Shown: positions 49,915-60,039 of the stretch, in pieces
Position numbering within the stretch: position 1 is the stretch's first letter
How the letters are laid out: the number at the start of each line of letters is the position of its first letter
Assembly (NCBI GenBank): GCA_002742885.1
Contig: PDOO01000031.1
Location: forward strand, 10,119 to 74,118
From: Candidatus Cloacimonadota bacterium
GTDB lineage: Bacteria; Cloacimonadota; Cloacimonadia; Cloacimonadales; GCA-2742885
DNA length: 64,000 nt
Direction of reading: 5' to 3'
Made by a program: the position numbers and the translations under genes
The notes under the pieces: model-generated
Seen by the model: the letters and a program-made list of their open reading frames with translations, nothing else
What the model was told of the DNA's origin: nothing
The model's database searches: none

Positions 49915-51102
49915 TTATATCTTTTTTCTTATGATTCCGTACTTCGGAATCGAATGATCCAAAGGAATTTTTATTATTGTATTTGGTTTGGTAAATGAAA
50001 TATCTTCGTCTGTATCGGTTGATATTTTATCGGCTTTCCAGATAAAATCATCCTTTAAATTCGGGAAAATAAACTCAATTTCGTCGCCCAAAGAAAATTT
50101 TGCTCTCATTGCTGCGATTGAGCATTTATCGTCAGATTTTATGATTTCTCCCAAAAACTGATAATTTCTGATGTATGCCGAAGACTCGTAATATTGAGTC
50201 CGGGAGGAATCAAATCCGTCGAAAAATCCTTCGCAATAAACTCGATGGCTTACTTTATCCAGTTCTTCGAGGTAAATATCCGGTTTATTTGCTTGATGAA
50301 CGGCATCTCGGTAAACTCTGGTTACGTTTGCCGCATAATAAAGACTTTTCATTCTTCCTTCTATTTTCAGACTGCAAACTCCCGCTTTTTTTATTTCTTC
50401 CAAACGTTTTATAAGACAAAGGTCTTTGGAGTTAAGAATATAGGTTCCTCGAGAGTCTTGTTCTGCGCAGAAAGTTTGATCCGGTCGTTTTTTTTCGACA
50501 ATAGAATATTCCCAGCGGCACGGATGCGAGCATTCTCCTCTGTTTGCGTCTCTTCCGTTAAGATGAGCGCTGAGAAGACAACGTCCGGAATAAGACATGC
50601 ACATTGCGCCGTGCACAAACATCTCAAGTTCCAAATCAGGACATTTTTCGCTGATACCGTAAATTTCTTCAATTCCGAGTTCTCTCGCCAAAATAACCCT
50701 GCTTGCTCCCTGATCTTGCCAATATTTTGCGCTCATCCATGAAGTGATGTTGGCTTGGGTACTGACGTGAAAGTCTAGACCGGGACAATTCTTTCGGGCA
50801 AGATAGAGTACGCCGGGATCGGATATTATTACGGCATCAACTTTTATATTTTCCAAAAACTTAAGATATTCGCTTAATTCCGATTCATCTCGGTTATGGG
50901 AAAATATATTGACGGTAACGTAAATCTTACGCTTGTTTTTATGACAAAATTCTGCTGCCGCTTTTAATTCCTCGTCTGAAAAATTTCCCGAACCTGCTCT
51001 TAAACCGAAATTTTTACCGGCTGCATAGACAGCGTCGGCTCCGTAATAAACGGCGTAACGTAATTTCTCCGGGTTACCTGCCGGAGCCAAAATTTCCATC
51101 AT
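49915..51102 (-). CDS. peptidase U32 family protein
   Basis: 395 aa. ILAPAGN...YGADAVY at the N-terminus, and E.FVHGA.C.SYSGRC. Confidence 0.85.
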   Translation of the reverse strand: MMEILAPAGNPEKLRYAVYYGADAVYAAGKNFGLRAGSGNFSDEELKAAAEFCHKNKRKIYVTVNIFSHNRDESELSEYLKFLENIKVDAVIISDPGVLYLARKNCPGLDFHVSTQANITSWMSAKYWQDQGASRVILARELGIEEIYGISEKCPDLELEMFVHGAMCMSYSGRCLLSAHLNGRDANRGECSHPCRWEYSIVEKKRPDQTFCAEQDSRGTYILNSKDLCLIKRLEEIKKAGVCSLKIEGRMKSLYYAANVTRVYRDAVHQANKPDIYLEELDKVSHRVYCEGFFDGFDSSRTQYYESSAYIRNYQFLGEIIKSDDKCSIAAMRAKFSLGDEIEFIFPNLKDDFIWKADKISTDTDEDISFTKPNTIIKIPLDHSIPKYGIIRKKI

Positions 51103-51104
51103 GA

Positions 51105-52364
51105 TTATTGGCTCATTGTTTTGAGGAATTGGGCATTATTTTTGGTTTGAAGCATTTGTTTGCGCAAAGTTTCTATGCCCTGAACCGGAGACATGGTTTT
51201 AAGTATCTTACGCATAACGAACATACGATTTCGTTCTTGAGCAGATTGTAAGAGTTCTTCTCTTCTGGTTCCGGATTTGACAATATCGATGGCAGGGTAG
51301 AGGCGAAGATCTGATATGGAACGATCAAGCACGAGTTCCATGTTTCCGGTTCCTTTAAATTCTTCGAAAATCACCTGATCCATTCTTGAACCTGTATCAA
51401 TCAAAGCGGAAGCAAGAATGGTAAGACTGCCGCTCTCCAAAGTATTTCTTGCCGCTCCGAAGAATTTTTTGGGGCGATGCAAAGCGTTTGAATCTATACC
51501 GCCTGAAAGAACTTTCCCGCTGGAGGGCTGTACGTTATTGTAAGCTCGCGCTAATCTGGTAATACTGTCCAGCATGATAACCACATCCTGTCCTAATTCC
51601 ACCATTCTTTTGGCTTTGGCGTGAACCATTTCGGCAACTTGTATATGATTTTTTGATGTTTCGTCAAAAGTTGAGCTGATAACTTCGGAATTTTTCGGAA
51701 TAAGAATTTTTTTCATTTCCGTAACTTCTTCCGGACGTTCGTCTATTAAAAGCACTATGACGTAAACTTCCGGATGGTTGGTCAAAACGGCATTCGCAAT
51801 ATTTTGCATCAGCACTGTTTTACCGGTTCTCGGGGCTGCCACTATCAATCCGCGTTGTCCTTTTCCGATAGGCGTGAACATATCGATAATTCGAGTAGAA
51901 ACATTTTTTTGAGTTGTTTCCAGTTTAAGCCTTTCTTCCGGATAATAAGGAGTAAGTCTGTCGAAATGAGGAGCATCAATCGTCTTTTCCGGACTCATGC
52001 CGTTGATTGCGTCAACTCTAAGCAAGGCATAATATTTTTCTCCTTCTTTCGGAGAACGAACCGGTCCGGAAACCATGTGTCCTTTTTTTAGATTAAATCT
52101 TCTTATTTGAGTTAAGGATACGTAAACGTCATCGCGTCCCTGATTGTAACTGTTTTCTTTGAAGCGTAAAAATCCGTAGCCGTCTTCCATTATTTCAAGA
52201 CAACCGGTAACAAATGCCAAACCTTCTTGAGTAGCGGAAAATTCAAAAAGACTGAAAATTAAGTCTTGTTTGCTGACTCCTTTTTCCATATCTATTTCAT
52301 TTTCTTTGGCTATTTTTCGCAATTCCTGCATCTTCAGGTCAAATATATTTTCCGGTAATTGCAT
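51105..52364 (-). CDS. rho: transcription termination factor Rho
   Basis: 419 aa. LEIMEDGYGFLR, Walker A APRTGKT, and LDSITRLARAYN. Confidence 0.95.
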   Translation of the reverse strand: MQLPENIFDLKMQELRKIAKENEIDMEKGVSKQDLIFSLFEFSATQEGLAFVTGCLEIMEDGYGFLRFKENSYNQGRDDVYVSLTQIRRFNLKKGHMVSGPVRSPKEGEKYYALLRVDAINGMSPEKTIDAPHFDRLTPYYPEERLKLETTQKNVSTRIIDMFTPIGKGQRGLIVAAPRTGKTVLMQNIANAVLTNHPEVYVIVLLIDERPEEVTEMKKILIPKNSEVISSTFDETSKNHIQVAEMVHAKAKRMVELGQDVVIMLDSITRLARAYNNVQPSSGKVLSGGIDSNALHRPKKFFGAARNTLESGSLTILASALIDTGSRMDQVIFEEFKGTGNMELVLDRSISDLRLYPAIDIVKSGTRREELLQSAQERNRMFVMRKILKTMSPVQGIETLRKQMLQTKNNAQFLKTMSQ

Positions 52365-52578
52365 CCTTTCTCCTTTTAAAAATTAAATAACTGACGGTTA
52401 AATTTATTTGTTGTTTGCCGTACAGATAATTCATTGTTATCGACGACAAAGGAAGTTATTTAAAATGTTTTTAATCCAAACCTTTTATTTTATTTATTAT
52501 GTCAACGGAAAACAATTATATAAAATGAATAATTGTCTCTTAAATTTGTATTTCCTCAGAAAAATTTATTGTTTTTTA

Positions 52579-53316
52579 TTATTTGAACAAACCTGTTTCA
52601 TCCATCATTTTACCGTAATTTAAGATATTGCGAAATATGAAAGGAAGAGAAAACAATAAACCGATACCGAGAGGTAAAACAGATGCTGCAAATAAACTTC
52701 CGACAATTATGAACAGGAAAAATTGTTGCCATCTGGTTGCATCTCCTTTTGGGTAAGCAGTGTAAACAGCTTTGAACGGATTCATCTTTTTTACGGTCAT
52801 AAGATAGGGAACCGGCAAAATTACCGCCAGCCAATAAAATCCCAGTATTACTTCCACCGGATATAAAATAGGATCGTGCACATAGTCAAAAAACGGTTTG
52901 CCGGTACATACGATTTTACTGATCAGATAGAATAATTCTGAAATTAAGACCAAGGAAAACCATTTATGATAATGTTTAAATAATTTCAGGAAATCTGCGA
53001 AATTAAGTTTTTCTTTTGCTGATGAAGAGGAGAGCGAAGAAAAAGGCAAAAGAAAAACGGATCCGAATATAAGGACTGCTGAATTAAGCATGAAATAATT
53101 GTCGGCAAAAGCAAATATCGATAAAATTAAAGGTAAAAATCCCAAAATTAAAACTCCGAGGTAAAAAGAGATATTTTCTTTTGCAAAGACTTTGCCTGTT
53201 TTATTGAGGCAGATTTTTGCCGAAAGCTTGTCCGGTATTATATCGGTAAGTTCACCGCATTTTTTACAATAAAACTCTATTGCTGAAAGTTCGTTTTTGC
53301 AGCTTGAACACTTCAT
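52579..53316 (-). CDS. membrane protein with N-terminal zinc-ribbon, unknown function
   Basis: 245 aa. CSSC...CKKC ribbon followed by about 5 TM segments. Confidence 0.55.
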   Translation of the reverse strand: MKCSSCKNELSAIEFYCKKCGELTDIIPDKLSAKICLNKTGKVFAKENISFYLGVLILGFLPLILSIFAFADNYFMLNSAVLIFGSVFLLPFSSLSSSSAKEKLNFADFLKLFKHYHKWFSLVLISELFYLISKIVCTGKPFFDYVHDPILYPVEVILGFYWLAVILPVPYLMTVKKMNPFKAVYTAYPKGDATRWQQFFLFIIVGSLFAASVLPLGIGLLFSLPFIFRNILNYGKMMDETGLFK

Positions 53317-53401
53317 TAATCCTCCGGTAAAATAAATTTTGTTAACTGAATTTTAAGCTTGCAGTCTGTCAATAAAAAGTCCGGGAAAATTGTGATTAAT
53401 C

Positions 53402-53435
53402 AAAAAAAATAAAAAACCCCGCTGATTACGGGGTT
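53402..53435 (-). terminator. rho-independent terminator of rocD
   Basis: AACCCCG/CGGGGTT stem with a 7-nt loop and a long U-tract on the - strand. Confidence 0.85.
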
Positions 53436-53451
53436 TGAAATAATTCTCTTT

Positions 53452-54693
53452 CTACATGGAAAGAATTGTTTTCTTGATAATATTTATTGCTTCTTGGAGT
53501 TCTTCTTCCGAGATAACAAGAGGCGGAGCAAAACGAATGATATGACGATGCGTCGGTTTTGCCAATAAGCCGTTTTCTTTTAATTTTACGCAAACATCCC
53601 AAGCTTCTTTACCGTTTTGGGGTTTGATGACAATGGCGTTGAGAAGACCTTTTCCTCTTACGAGTTCTATCATGGGAGAATCGATTTCTTTCATTGCGTC
53701 TCTGAAAATTTTACCTGATTTTTCTGCTCTTTCTGCAAGTTTTTCTTCTTTTACGACTTCCAAAGCGGCTTTTGCGACAACGCAGGCAAGAGGGAATCCT
53801 CCGAATGTGGAACCGTGTTCTCCGGGAGCTATGCAAAGCATAATTTCTTTATCGGCAAGTACGGCTGATACGGGCAATACGCCGCCTGAAACGGCTTTTC
53901 CGAGAATTACAATGTCAGGTCTTATTTCTTCGTGATCCGATGCCAAAAGTTTTCCGGTTCTTGCAATGCCGGTTTGAACTTCGTCTGCAACAAAAAGAAC
54001 GTTGTGTTTTTCACATATTTCCTTGCACTTTTTGAGGTAACCGTCATCCGGTACGAATACTCCCGCTTCGCCTTGAATAGGTTCAACAATAAATCCGGCA
54101 ATTTTTTTGCCTTTTTCTTCAAAAAGTTTTTCCAAAGCTTCAGGATCGTTGTAAGGAACATTTTCTATTCCCGGCGTGAAAGGACCGAAACCTTTTCTGC
54201 AATCCGGGTCAACGGAAGCTGTGATTATGGATATGGTGCGTCCGTGAAAATTGCCGTCTGCAAAAACCAAGATGCCTTCGTTTTCGGGAATTCCTTTTTT
54301 GTCGTAACCCCAACGTCTGGCGAGTTTCATTGCTGTTTCCACGGCTTCGGCTCCGGTGTTCATGGGAAGGATCATGTCGTAACCGAAATATTCTGTAATG
54401 AATTTTTCGTACTCGCCTAATCTGTTGCTGTAAAAAGCTCTTGAGGTGAGGGTCAGTTTTTGAGCTTGTTCAGTCAAAGCCGAGACGATTTTAGGATGGC
54501 AGTGTCCTTGATTGACAGCCGAGTAAGCGGAAAGGAAGTCAAAATACTCTTTTCCTTCGGGATCCCATACTTTAGCCCCTTTTCCTTTAGCCAAAACAAC
54601 GGGAAGAGGATGATAGTTGTGAGCCCCGAATTTATCTTCCATATCCATGCATTCTTTACTTGAATAATTTCCGTAAACAAGTTTTTCAGACAT
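53452..54693 (-). CDS. rocD: ornithine--oxo-acid aminotransferase
   Basis: 413 aa. [28 protein letters not shown], and [11 protein letters not shown]...LGKA.SGG with the PLP lysine context. Confidence 0.8.
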   Translation of the reverse strand: MSEKLVYGNYSSKECMDMEDKFGAHNYHPLPVVLAKGKGAKVWDPEGKEYFDFLSAYSAVNQGHCHPKIVSALTEQAQKLTLTSRAFYSNRLGEYEKFITEYFGYDMILPMNTGAEAVETAMKLARRWGYDKKGIPENEGILVFADGNFHGRTISIITASVDPDCRKGFGPFTPGIENVPYNDPEALEKLFEEKGKKIAGFIVEPIQGEAGVFVPDDGYLKKCKEICEKHNVLFVADEVQTGIARTGKLLASDHEEIRPDIVILGKAVSGGVLPVSAVLADKEIMLCIAPGEHGSTFGGFPLACVVAKAALEVVKEEKLAERAEKSGKIFRDAMKEIDSPMIELVRGKGLLNAIVIKPQNGKEAWDVCVKLKENGLLAKPTHRHIIRFAPPLVISEEELQEAINIIKKTILSM

Positions 54694-54740
54694 TTTTCCT
54701 CCAAAATTTTAATTTGTTTTTTTTACTGAAATTTTTAAAA

Positions 54741-54772
54741 TAAAAAAGCTGTCAATGATAATATTGACAGCT
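54741..54772 (-). terminator. rho-independent terminator of the PFK gene
   Basis: Perfect 10-bp stem AGCTGTCAAT/ATTGACAGCT. An A-run on the + strand gives a U-tract on the - strand. Confidence 0.8.
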
Positions 54773-54863
54773 TTACTTTTGATTTCATTTTATTATCTGC
54801 TTTAAAATGTTTCTTTTTTCATTGAAAAAGAGTTTGTTTTTTATCGGGAAATTAAAGACCTCT

Positions 54864-56081
54864 TTATTTGTTGAGTATTTTTTCCGCTTTCGGGGCATGA
54901 AGTCTGAATGCTTCCGGAAAGTTTTTTCCCAGCAATGGTTTAGCGTAGTCAATAAACGCTTTTGTTACGTCGTTTCCCGATTCATTGATAAATTCATCAG
55001 GCATAAGTTTGGTTTTACCTGCGATATCGGCTAATTCGGCAAGACGATATTCAACGCCGTAATCGGATGTTCTGTTTATGGTTACTGAACCGTCTTTATC
55101 GTATGACATGGCAAATTGCACGGCTTTTTGTCCTGCTTCTCTTGCTTCTATTTGATCAGTTTCCGACACGCATCCGGCGAACGAACGCTGCAAGTAACCG
55201 AAAGTATCGCAACGTACTCGGTTTATCGTCAGATTATTTTTTATCATTCCGACCAGATAATCTCCCAAAGCTCCGCTTCCGGAAAGTTGAACGTTTCCGT
55301 GAGCGTCTTGTTCCATTTCTTTAACCATGCGTTTGGCATAAAGTTCTCCGTTCTCGTCTATGATTCCTTCTGAAACGGCAATAATGCAACGTCCGTATTT
55401 ATCATACATTTTTTGTGTGTCGGAGAGAAATTGTTTTTGCGAAATTTTTCTTTCCGGCAAATAAATCAAGTGAGGACCGTCGTCTTCAAATTTTCTTGCC
55501 ATGGAAGCTGCCGCCGTTAGAAATCCGGCGTGTCTTCCCATAACGATGCCGATATAAACTCCGGGAATTGCCCGATTATCGAGATTCACTCCTTGAAAAG
55601 CTTGAGCAACGAATTTTGCGGCTGAGCCGAACCCGGGAGTGTGGTCGTTGAGAACAAGGTCGTTATCAATTGTTTTGGGAATGTGAACGGCTCGCATTTC
55701 GTAATTTTCTTTTTTGGCTTCTTCGCTGACTATACGCACCGTATCGGAGGAATCGTTACCGCCGATATAGAAAAAATATCTTATGTCATGAGCTTTAAGA
55801 ACCTTGAAGATTTTTCGGCAATAATCCGTGTCCGGTTTATCTCTTGTGGAGAGTAAAGCCGATGAAGGGGTTTGAGCTGTTTTTTCCAAATTATTGTCTG
55901 TGATAAGAGTCAAGTCAATAAACTCTTCTTCAATAATGCCTCTGACACCGTGCAGAGCTCCGTAAACTTTAGTTACGCAATCATATTTTCGAGCTTCCGA
56001 AACTGCTCCTGCCAATGATTGGTTAATGACAGCCGTGGGACCGCCGCCTTGAGCTATGAGTACTTTACCTTTGAGTTTCAT
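54864..56081 (-). CDS. pfp: phosphofructokinase-family enzyme with a PPi-dependent signature (diphosphate--fructose-6-phosphate 1-phosphotransferase)
   Basis: 405 aa. GGGPTAVIN. The motif is GGNDS (Asp at the position that is Gly in ATP-PFK) and PKTIDND (Lys instead of Gly), both classical PPi-PFK discriminators. Confidence 0.7.
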   Translation of the reverse strand: MKLKGKVLIAQGGGPTAVINQSLAGAVSEARKYDCVTKVYGALHGVRGIIEEEFIDLTLITDNNLEKTAQTPSSALLSTRDKPDTDYCRKIFKVLKAHDIRYFFYIGGNDSSDTVRIVSEEAKKENYEMRAVHIPKTIDNDLVLNDHTPGFGSAAKFVAQAFQGVNLDNRAIPGVYIGIVMGRHAGFLTAAASMARKFEDDGPHLIYLPERKISQKQFLSDTQKMYDKYGRCIIAVSEGIIDENGELYAKRMVKEMEQDAHGNVQLSGSGALGDYLVGMIKNNLTINRVRCDTFGYLQRSFAGCVSETDQIEAREAGQKAVQFAMSYDKDGSVTINRTSDYGVEYRLAELADIAGKTKLMPDEFINESGNDVTKAFIDYAKPLLGKNFPEAFRLHAPKAEKILNK

Positions 56082-56214
56082 AAGATCCTCCGTTTTGACT
56101 TTAAAAATTTGATGATAGGGGAGTATTTTTTATTTTTATCGGCAGTTATTTGTCAATGATTGATTTAGTGTTTTTTTCTTAAAACAGGTTTAATTAAAGT
56201 TTGCTGAATTAATA

Positions 56215-56311
56215 TGGCCGAGAGGGCAGGAATCGAACCTGCCGCTGACAGTTTTAGCTGCCGGTTACCGGTTTTGAAGACCGGCTGAAACACCAGTTTC
56301 ATCCTCTCTGC
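56215..56311 (-). tRNA. selC: tRNA-Sec (selenocysteine tRNA, anticodon UCA)
   Basis: Anticodon stem CCGGT/ACCGG with loop CTTCAAA. D-arm has a 6-bp stem TGAAAC/GTTTCA and a 4-nt loop TGGT (the tRNA-Sec hallmark). Long variable arm, T-loop GGTTCGATTCC, 3' ...GGCCA. Acceptor pairing contains a mismatch in my hand fold, so ends are +/- 3 nt. Confidence 0.8.
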
Positions 56312-56374
56312 AACGATACCAAGGAAAAACAGCCGTTTTTTTTGTAAAGATAAAAGAAAAATATTTTATTTTTT

Positions 56375-56917
56375 TCAATTCAAATTATTCAGGTGGATTA
56401 TTTTGCTTCCGTATTTTAAAAGGATGTAGGTACGATGAATTTCCGTAATTTGATATTTACCTATTTTATCTCCTGTTCCGAGTGTTTTTTGGGAGATTCC
56501 TTTTTTAAGAGAGACTTTAAATTCCTTGTTTTTTTTCATCGTGATTTCCGTAATTTCATATCCGTTGACAGAATTAACGAATTGAGGCATTACGGGTTTA
56601 TTTTTCCCGGATGATTTTTTCTCCTTTTTCTTGATTTTTATGGTCTTTTCTTTTGCTTCTTCTTTTTTCGGAACGGAAAATTTTTCTTCAATATTTTCGG
56701 TAATTTTGCTTTTATTTTTTACTTTTTCAAAATTTGAGGAATCGCGAAAATAAGTATTTACCTGTTGCTTAAGTTTTTTTCCCTTTTTGTTGTCGTTCAT
56801 TTTGGGCAAGACAATGACAGCGGTTAAAATCAATGTTACGACAATTATGTAGATAAGCATGGGCGGAATTTTTATTTTTTTTTCGTAATAATTTCCTAAA
56901 TCGGTTTTATATCTCAA
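56375..56917 (-). CDS. bitopic membrane protein with C-terminal PilP/GspC-like beta domain (putative)
   Basis: 180 aa. One TM segment (MLIYIIVVTLILTAVIV), a Lys-rich linker, and a C-terminal pattern EFKVSLKKG..QKTLGTGDKIGKYQITEI..TYILLKYGSKIIHL. Overlaps the pilM-like stop by 4 nt. Confidence 0.45.
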   Translation of the reverse strand: MRYKTDLGNYYEKKIKIPPMLIYIIVVTLILTAVIVLPKMNDNKKGKKLKQQVNTYFRDSSNFEKVKNKSKITENIEEKFSVPKKEEAKEKTIKIKKKEKKSSGKNKPVMPQFVNSVNGYEITEITMKKNKEFKVSLKKGISQKTLGTGDKIGKYQITEIHRTYILLKYGSKIIHLNNLN

Positions 56918-57918
56918 ATTCTCTCCTTCAACTCAAAAAAAAGTCCCATACAGGTTAAAAATCCGTATTTTCTGTTATTATACGCTAATTTTGCTTCCGG
57001 CAGATAAATTCTTTTTATTGCCGGAAGATTTTCCTTTAACATTTCAAAAAACAGATCATTGTTCAAAAGCCCTCCGGACACGAAAATATCTTTTTCTTCC
57101 GAAAAATATTCCTGTTTTTTTAACATTTCGGAAATTTGGACGGCAAAACGAGATAAATTATCGGTAATTATTCCTTTTGAAATTTTCATCAAATCCCGGT
57201 TCTTTTGTAAATCCATTTCGGTATCGTAAATCGAAACATTAAGCCTGTTGCTTATGGATGCAAACATATTGCGACAATTAAGATTTAGCGTTTCGGCATT
57301 GCGGAGACGTTTATTTTCCAGGTACATTAAGACAGTTTTGGATTCTCCTATATCAAGAATAATATTTTCTTCCGATAAAAGATTTCTGTATTCATAAAAA
57401 TTAAGCAGCGCAAGAGAATCAAATTCCGTAAAGACTTCTTTTCCTTCAAAAGTTTTTACGGCTTCTTTTAATTCTCCGAACGGTTGAAATTTGTAAGAGT
57501 AAAGCATTATTTCGGCTTCTTGCAGGGATTTATCGAAACAGATTGTCTGATAATCCGTATTTGAGTTATCATCATCGATTTTATTCAATAAAATATCGGC
57601 TGCATATCTTATTGCTCGTTTGTTTTTTGCCTTAATTTTTTTAGAATAAACGGAAGTAAAAACTGAGTTGAAGGTAAAAGCGGCAAAGGAGTCGGCTGGA
57701 ATGCGGTCGTTTAACTTATTAAGAGCATTTTTCAAAGCATCTCTGCTTTCGAAATAAAAATCGTTAAACGAATACTCTTTCAGCGTATTTTCTTTGTATA
57801 TAAAACTTCTGTAAGGTATATAAATTACCTGTTCTGCGCTTATGCTTTCTCCCGAGACTGAGCCGGAAATTGCTTTTATGCTTGATGCTCCTATATCAAC
57901 TGCCGTTATTCTCTTCAT
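56914..57918 (-). CDS. PilM-like actin-fold ATPase (type IV pilus/T2SS assembly family)
   Basis: 334 aa. N-terminus ITAVDIGASSIKAISGS, and later ILDIGESKTVL and FVSGGLLNN. Confidence 0.6.
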   Translation of the reverse strand: MKRITAVDIGASSIKAISGSVSGESISAEQVIYIPYRSFIYKENTLKEYSFNDFYFESRDALKNALNKLNDRIPADSFAAFTFNSVFTSVYSKKIKAKNKRAIRYAADILLNKIDDDNSNTDYQTICFDKSLQEAEIMLYSYKFQPFGELKEAVKTFEGKEVFTEFDSLALLNFYEYRNLLSEENIILDIGESKTVLMYLENKRLRNAETLNLNCRNMFASISNRLNVSIYDTEMDLQKNRDLMKISKGIITDNLSRFAVQISEMLKKQEYFSEEKDIFVSGGLLNNDLFFEMLKENLPAIKRIYLPEAKLAYNNRKYGFLTCMGLFFELKERI

Positions 57919-58041
57919 TTATGCCTGCTTAATTTGTTTTATGACTGTCTTTAACGAAAACAATGATATATGTGTCAAGTAATTATGAGTATTATTTTAA
58001 GATGTTTAATGCCGCAAAAGAAACAAAGTAATTTTCGGATA

Positions 58042-58070
58042 ATAAAAAAAGAGGGGAAAGAATTCCCCTC
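58042..58070 (-). terminator. rho-independent terminator of hpf
   Basis: GAGGGGAA/TTCCCCTC stem with a 4-nt loop and U7 on the - strand. Confidence 0.85.
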
Positions 58071-58081
58071 CGTTCTGAAAT

Positions 58082-58612
58082 TTACGGCTCGATTAACTTG
58101 TAGTGTTCATCGTCTTTTTTTACCAGAACGCAGACCCTGTCGGTTTCTACGTTTTTGAATACTTTATACGGGGCTTTGGATTCGTTAAGAGATTCTATAG
58201 CTTCGTCAATGTCCATTATTTCCGCATGGATACGCTTTATTTTCATTACTTTGCGTTTTTTTTCTTCATTTCTGTGTATAAGATTGGCGTAAACAAAATG
58301 AGGATCTTCTTTCAGTCGTTTTTTCTGATGGTCTGTAACTTTATCTTTAAGTTTTTTTATCTGAGCTTCCATTCTCTCTATTGTCTTGTCAAGAGCAATA
58401 TACATATCCTGATGTTCTGTCTCGCTTTTCAGATTGAAGTGAGAGGCATGAAGGGTCATTTCGGCAATGGTTCGATTATTTTCCAGAGAAAGAATAAAAT
58501 GAATATTAATAATTTGATCAAAATATCTTGAAAGTTTTTCGCAAGATTTTTTTACATGGTCTCTGATGGCATTGCTTAAACCGAAGTGCCTTGCTGTGAT
58601 AGTAATTTGCAT
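58082..58612 (-). CDS. hpf: ribosome hibernation promoting factor (long HPF)
   Basis: 176 aa. MQITITARHF...IRDHV...KL.RYF at the N-terminus, and a C-terminal dimerisation-domain pattern. GGAGA SD. Confidence 0.85.
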   Translation of the reverse strand: MQITITARHFGLSNAIRDHVKKSCEKLSRYFDQIINIHFILSLENNRTIAEMTLHASHFNLKSETEHQDMYIALDKTIERMEAQIKKLKDKVTDHQKKRLKEDPHFVYANLIHRNEEKKRKVMKIKRIHAEIMDIDEAIESLNESKAPYKVFKNVETDRVCVLVKKDDEHYKLIEP

Positions 58613-58638
58613 AATAATCTCCTTTCTTTAACGTATTC

Positions 58639-60039
58639 TTAGACTTTGTGGATGGAAAGACCTTCCAGATCCTCTATTGATTCCATTACGGCTTCGGACA
58701 AAGTAGGGTGCGCATAAACAACTTTAAGAGCTTTTTCTGCGGAAGCTTCCGTTTGAACAAGAATACCGCCTTCGGCGATAAGTTCCGTTGCATTCGGACC
58801 TATGATATGCATTCCGACGAGCTTATGAGTCTCTTTATCGGCAATTACTTTTACGAAACCGAACGTATTGCCTGTTGCAAGAGCTTTTCCTATTCCGGTA
58901 AATTGGAAAGAACCGACGATTATATCTTTATATTTTTCTTTCGCCTGAGGCTCGGTTAAACCTGCTGATCCGATTTCCGGATGAGTAAAGATGCAACGGG
59001 GAATATTTTCATAACAAATTTTTTCTTCGGGAAGTTTTTCGCCTTTCATTATTTTTTTTATTGTTTCGGCAGCCAACAATCCTTGCTTGCTTGCTGTGTG
59101 AGCTAATTGCATTTTACCGGTCAAGTCTCCTATTGCAAACATGCCCGGAACGTTTGTTCTTAAAAGATCGTCAACAGCAATCGCTTTATTTTCTCGGGTC
59201 GGCTCGCAATTTACGAATTCAATGTTGCAAACCGGCTTTCTTCCCGTGCTGACCAGGACGGCATCAGCAGTTATGTTTTTGCCGTTTGACAGAGACAATA
59301 CGGCTTTGCCGTCTTCTGTTTTGCAGGCTTCTACTGCTGTTTTAAGATGTAATTTTATTTTATTTCTTTTAAATGCCATGGCTAAACGTTTGGAAATGTC
59401 CGGATTTTCGTTTGCTGCCAATGCAGGCAAAAATTCTACGATTTCGGTTTTCACTCCGAACTCGTTGAAAATAGAAGCAAATTCGCAACCTACTACTCCG
59501 CCTCCTACCACAATCATGCTTTCAGGAAGTTTATCCATTTTAAGGACATCGCGAGACGATAAGATGTATTTGCCGTCAAATTTCATAAACGGTAATTCTG
59601 TCGGCTCGGATCCGGTAGCCAAAATAACGTATTTAGCCGATGATTCTTCGCCTTTGTCGGTTGTAATTTTAAAATATTCGTCTTTTTTTTCAATTTTTTC
59701 GACAGCAGATTTGATTACGTCTATTTTTCTTTTTTTGAACAAAAATTCTATTCCGCTTACAAGTTGGTTGACCACTTTGTTTTTTCTTTCAAAAACCTTA
59801 CTGTAGTTTACTTTCGGGGAATCGCAAATCAGACCGAATTCTTCGGCTCTTTTCATTTCACTCAAAAGTTCGGCTGATTTCACCAATGTTTTTGTCGGGA
59901 TACACCCCCGGTTTAAACAAACTCCGCCCAAACGTTCTTTTTCGTAAACGACAGTATTTATGCCATATTGGTTCAATCTTATTGCCGTAACGTATCCTCC
60001 CGGACCGCCGCCTATTACCGCAACTTCGTAATTACTCAT
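58639..60039 (-). CDS. lpdA: dihydrolipoyl dehydrogenase
   Basis: 466 aa. FAD motif VIGGGPGGY, redox disulfide GGVCLNRGCIPTK, NAD motif VVGGGVVGCE, and the C-terminal HAHPTLSE. Confidence 0.9.
   Translation of the reverse strand: MSNYEVAVIGGGPGGYVTAIRLNQYGINTVVYEKERLGGVCLNRGCIPTKTLVKSAELLSEMKRAEEFGLICDSPKVNYSKVFERKNKVVNQLVSGIEFLFKKRKIDVIKSAVEKIEKKDEYFKITTDKGEESSAKYVILATGSEPTELPFMKFDGKYILSSRDVLKMDKLPESMIVVGGGVVGCEFASIFNEFGVKTEIVEFLPALAANENPDISKRLAMAFKRNKIKLHLKTAVEACKTEDGKAVLSLSNGKNITADAVLVSTGRKPVCNIEFVNCEPTRENKAIAVDDLLRTNVPGMFAIGDLTGKMQLAHTASKQGLLAAETIKKIMKGEKLPEEKICYENIPRCIFTHPEIGSAGLTEPQAKEKYKDIIVGSFQFTGIGKALATGNTFGFVKVIADKETHKLVGMHIIGPNATELIAEGGILVQTEASAEKALKVVYAHPTLSEAVMESIEDLEGLSIHKV

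Noticed and set aside
59141-59806. 221-aa + strand ORF antisense to lpdA. Similar long antisense ORFs occur at 50194..50742, 53932..54420, 58103..58531, 21582..21992, 16184..16600 and 7171..7572.
   Set aside because: All lie entirely inside strongly supported genes on the other strand, in the antisense frame that is depleted of stops by the sense codon pattern. The translations are low-complexity (Ser/Phe/Leu-rich) with no SD or motifs.
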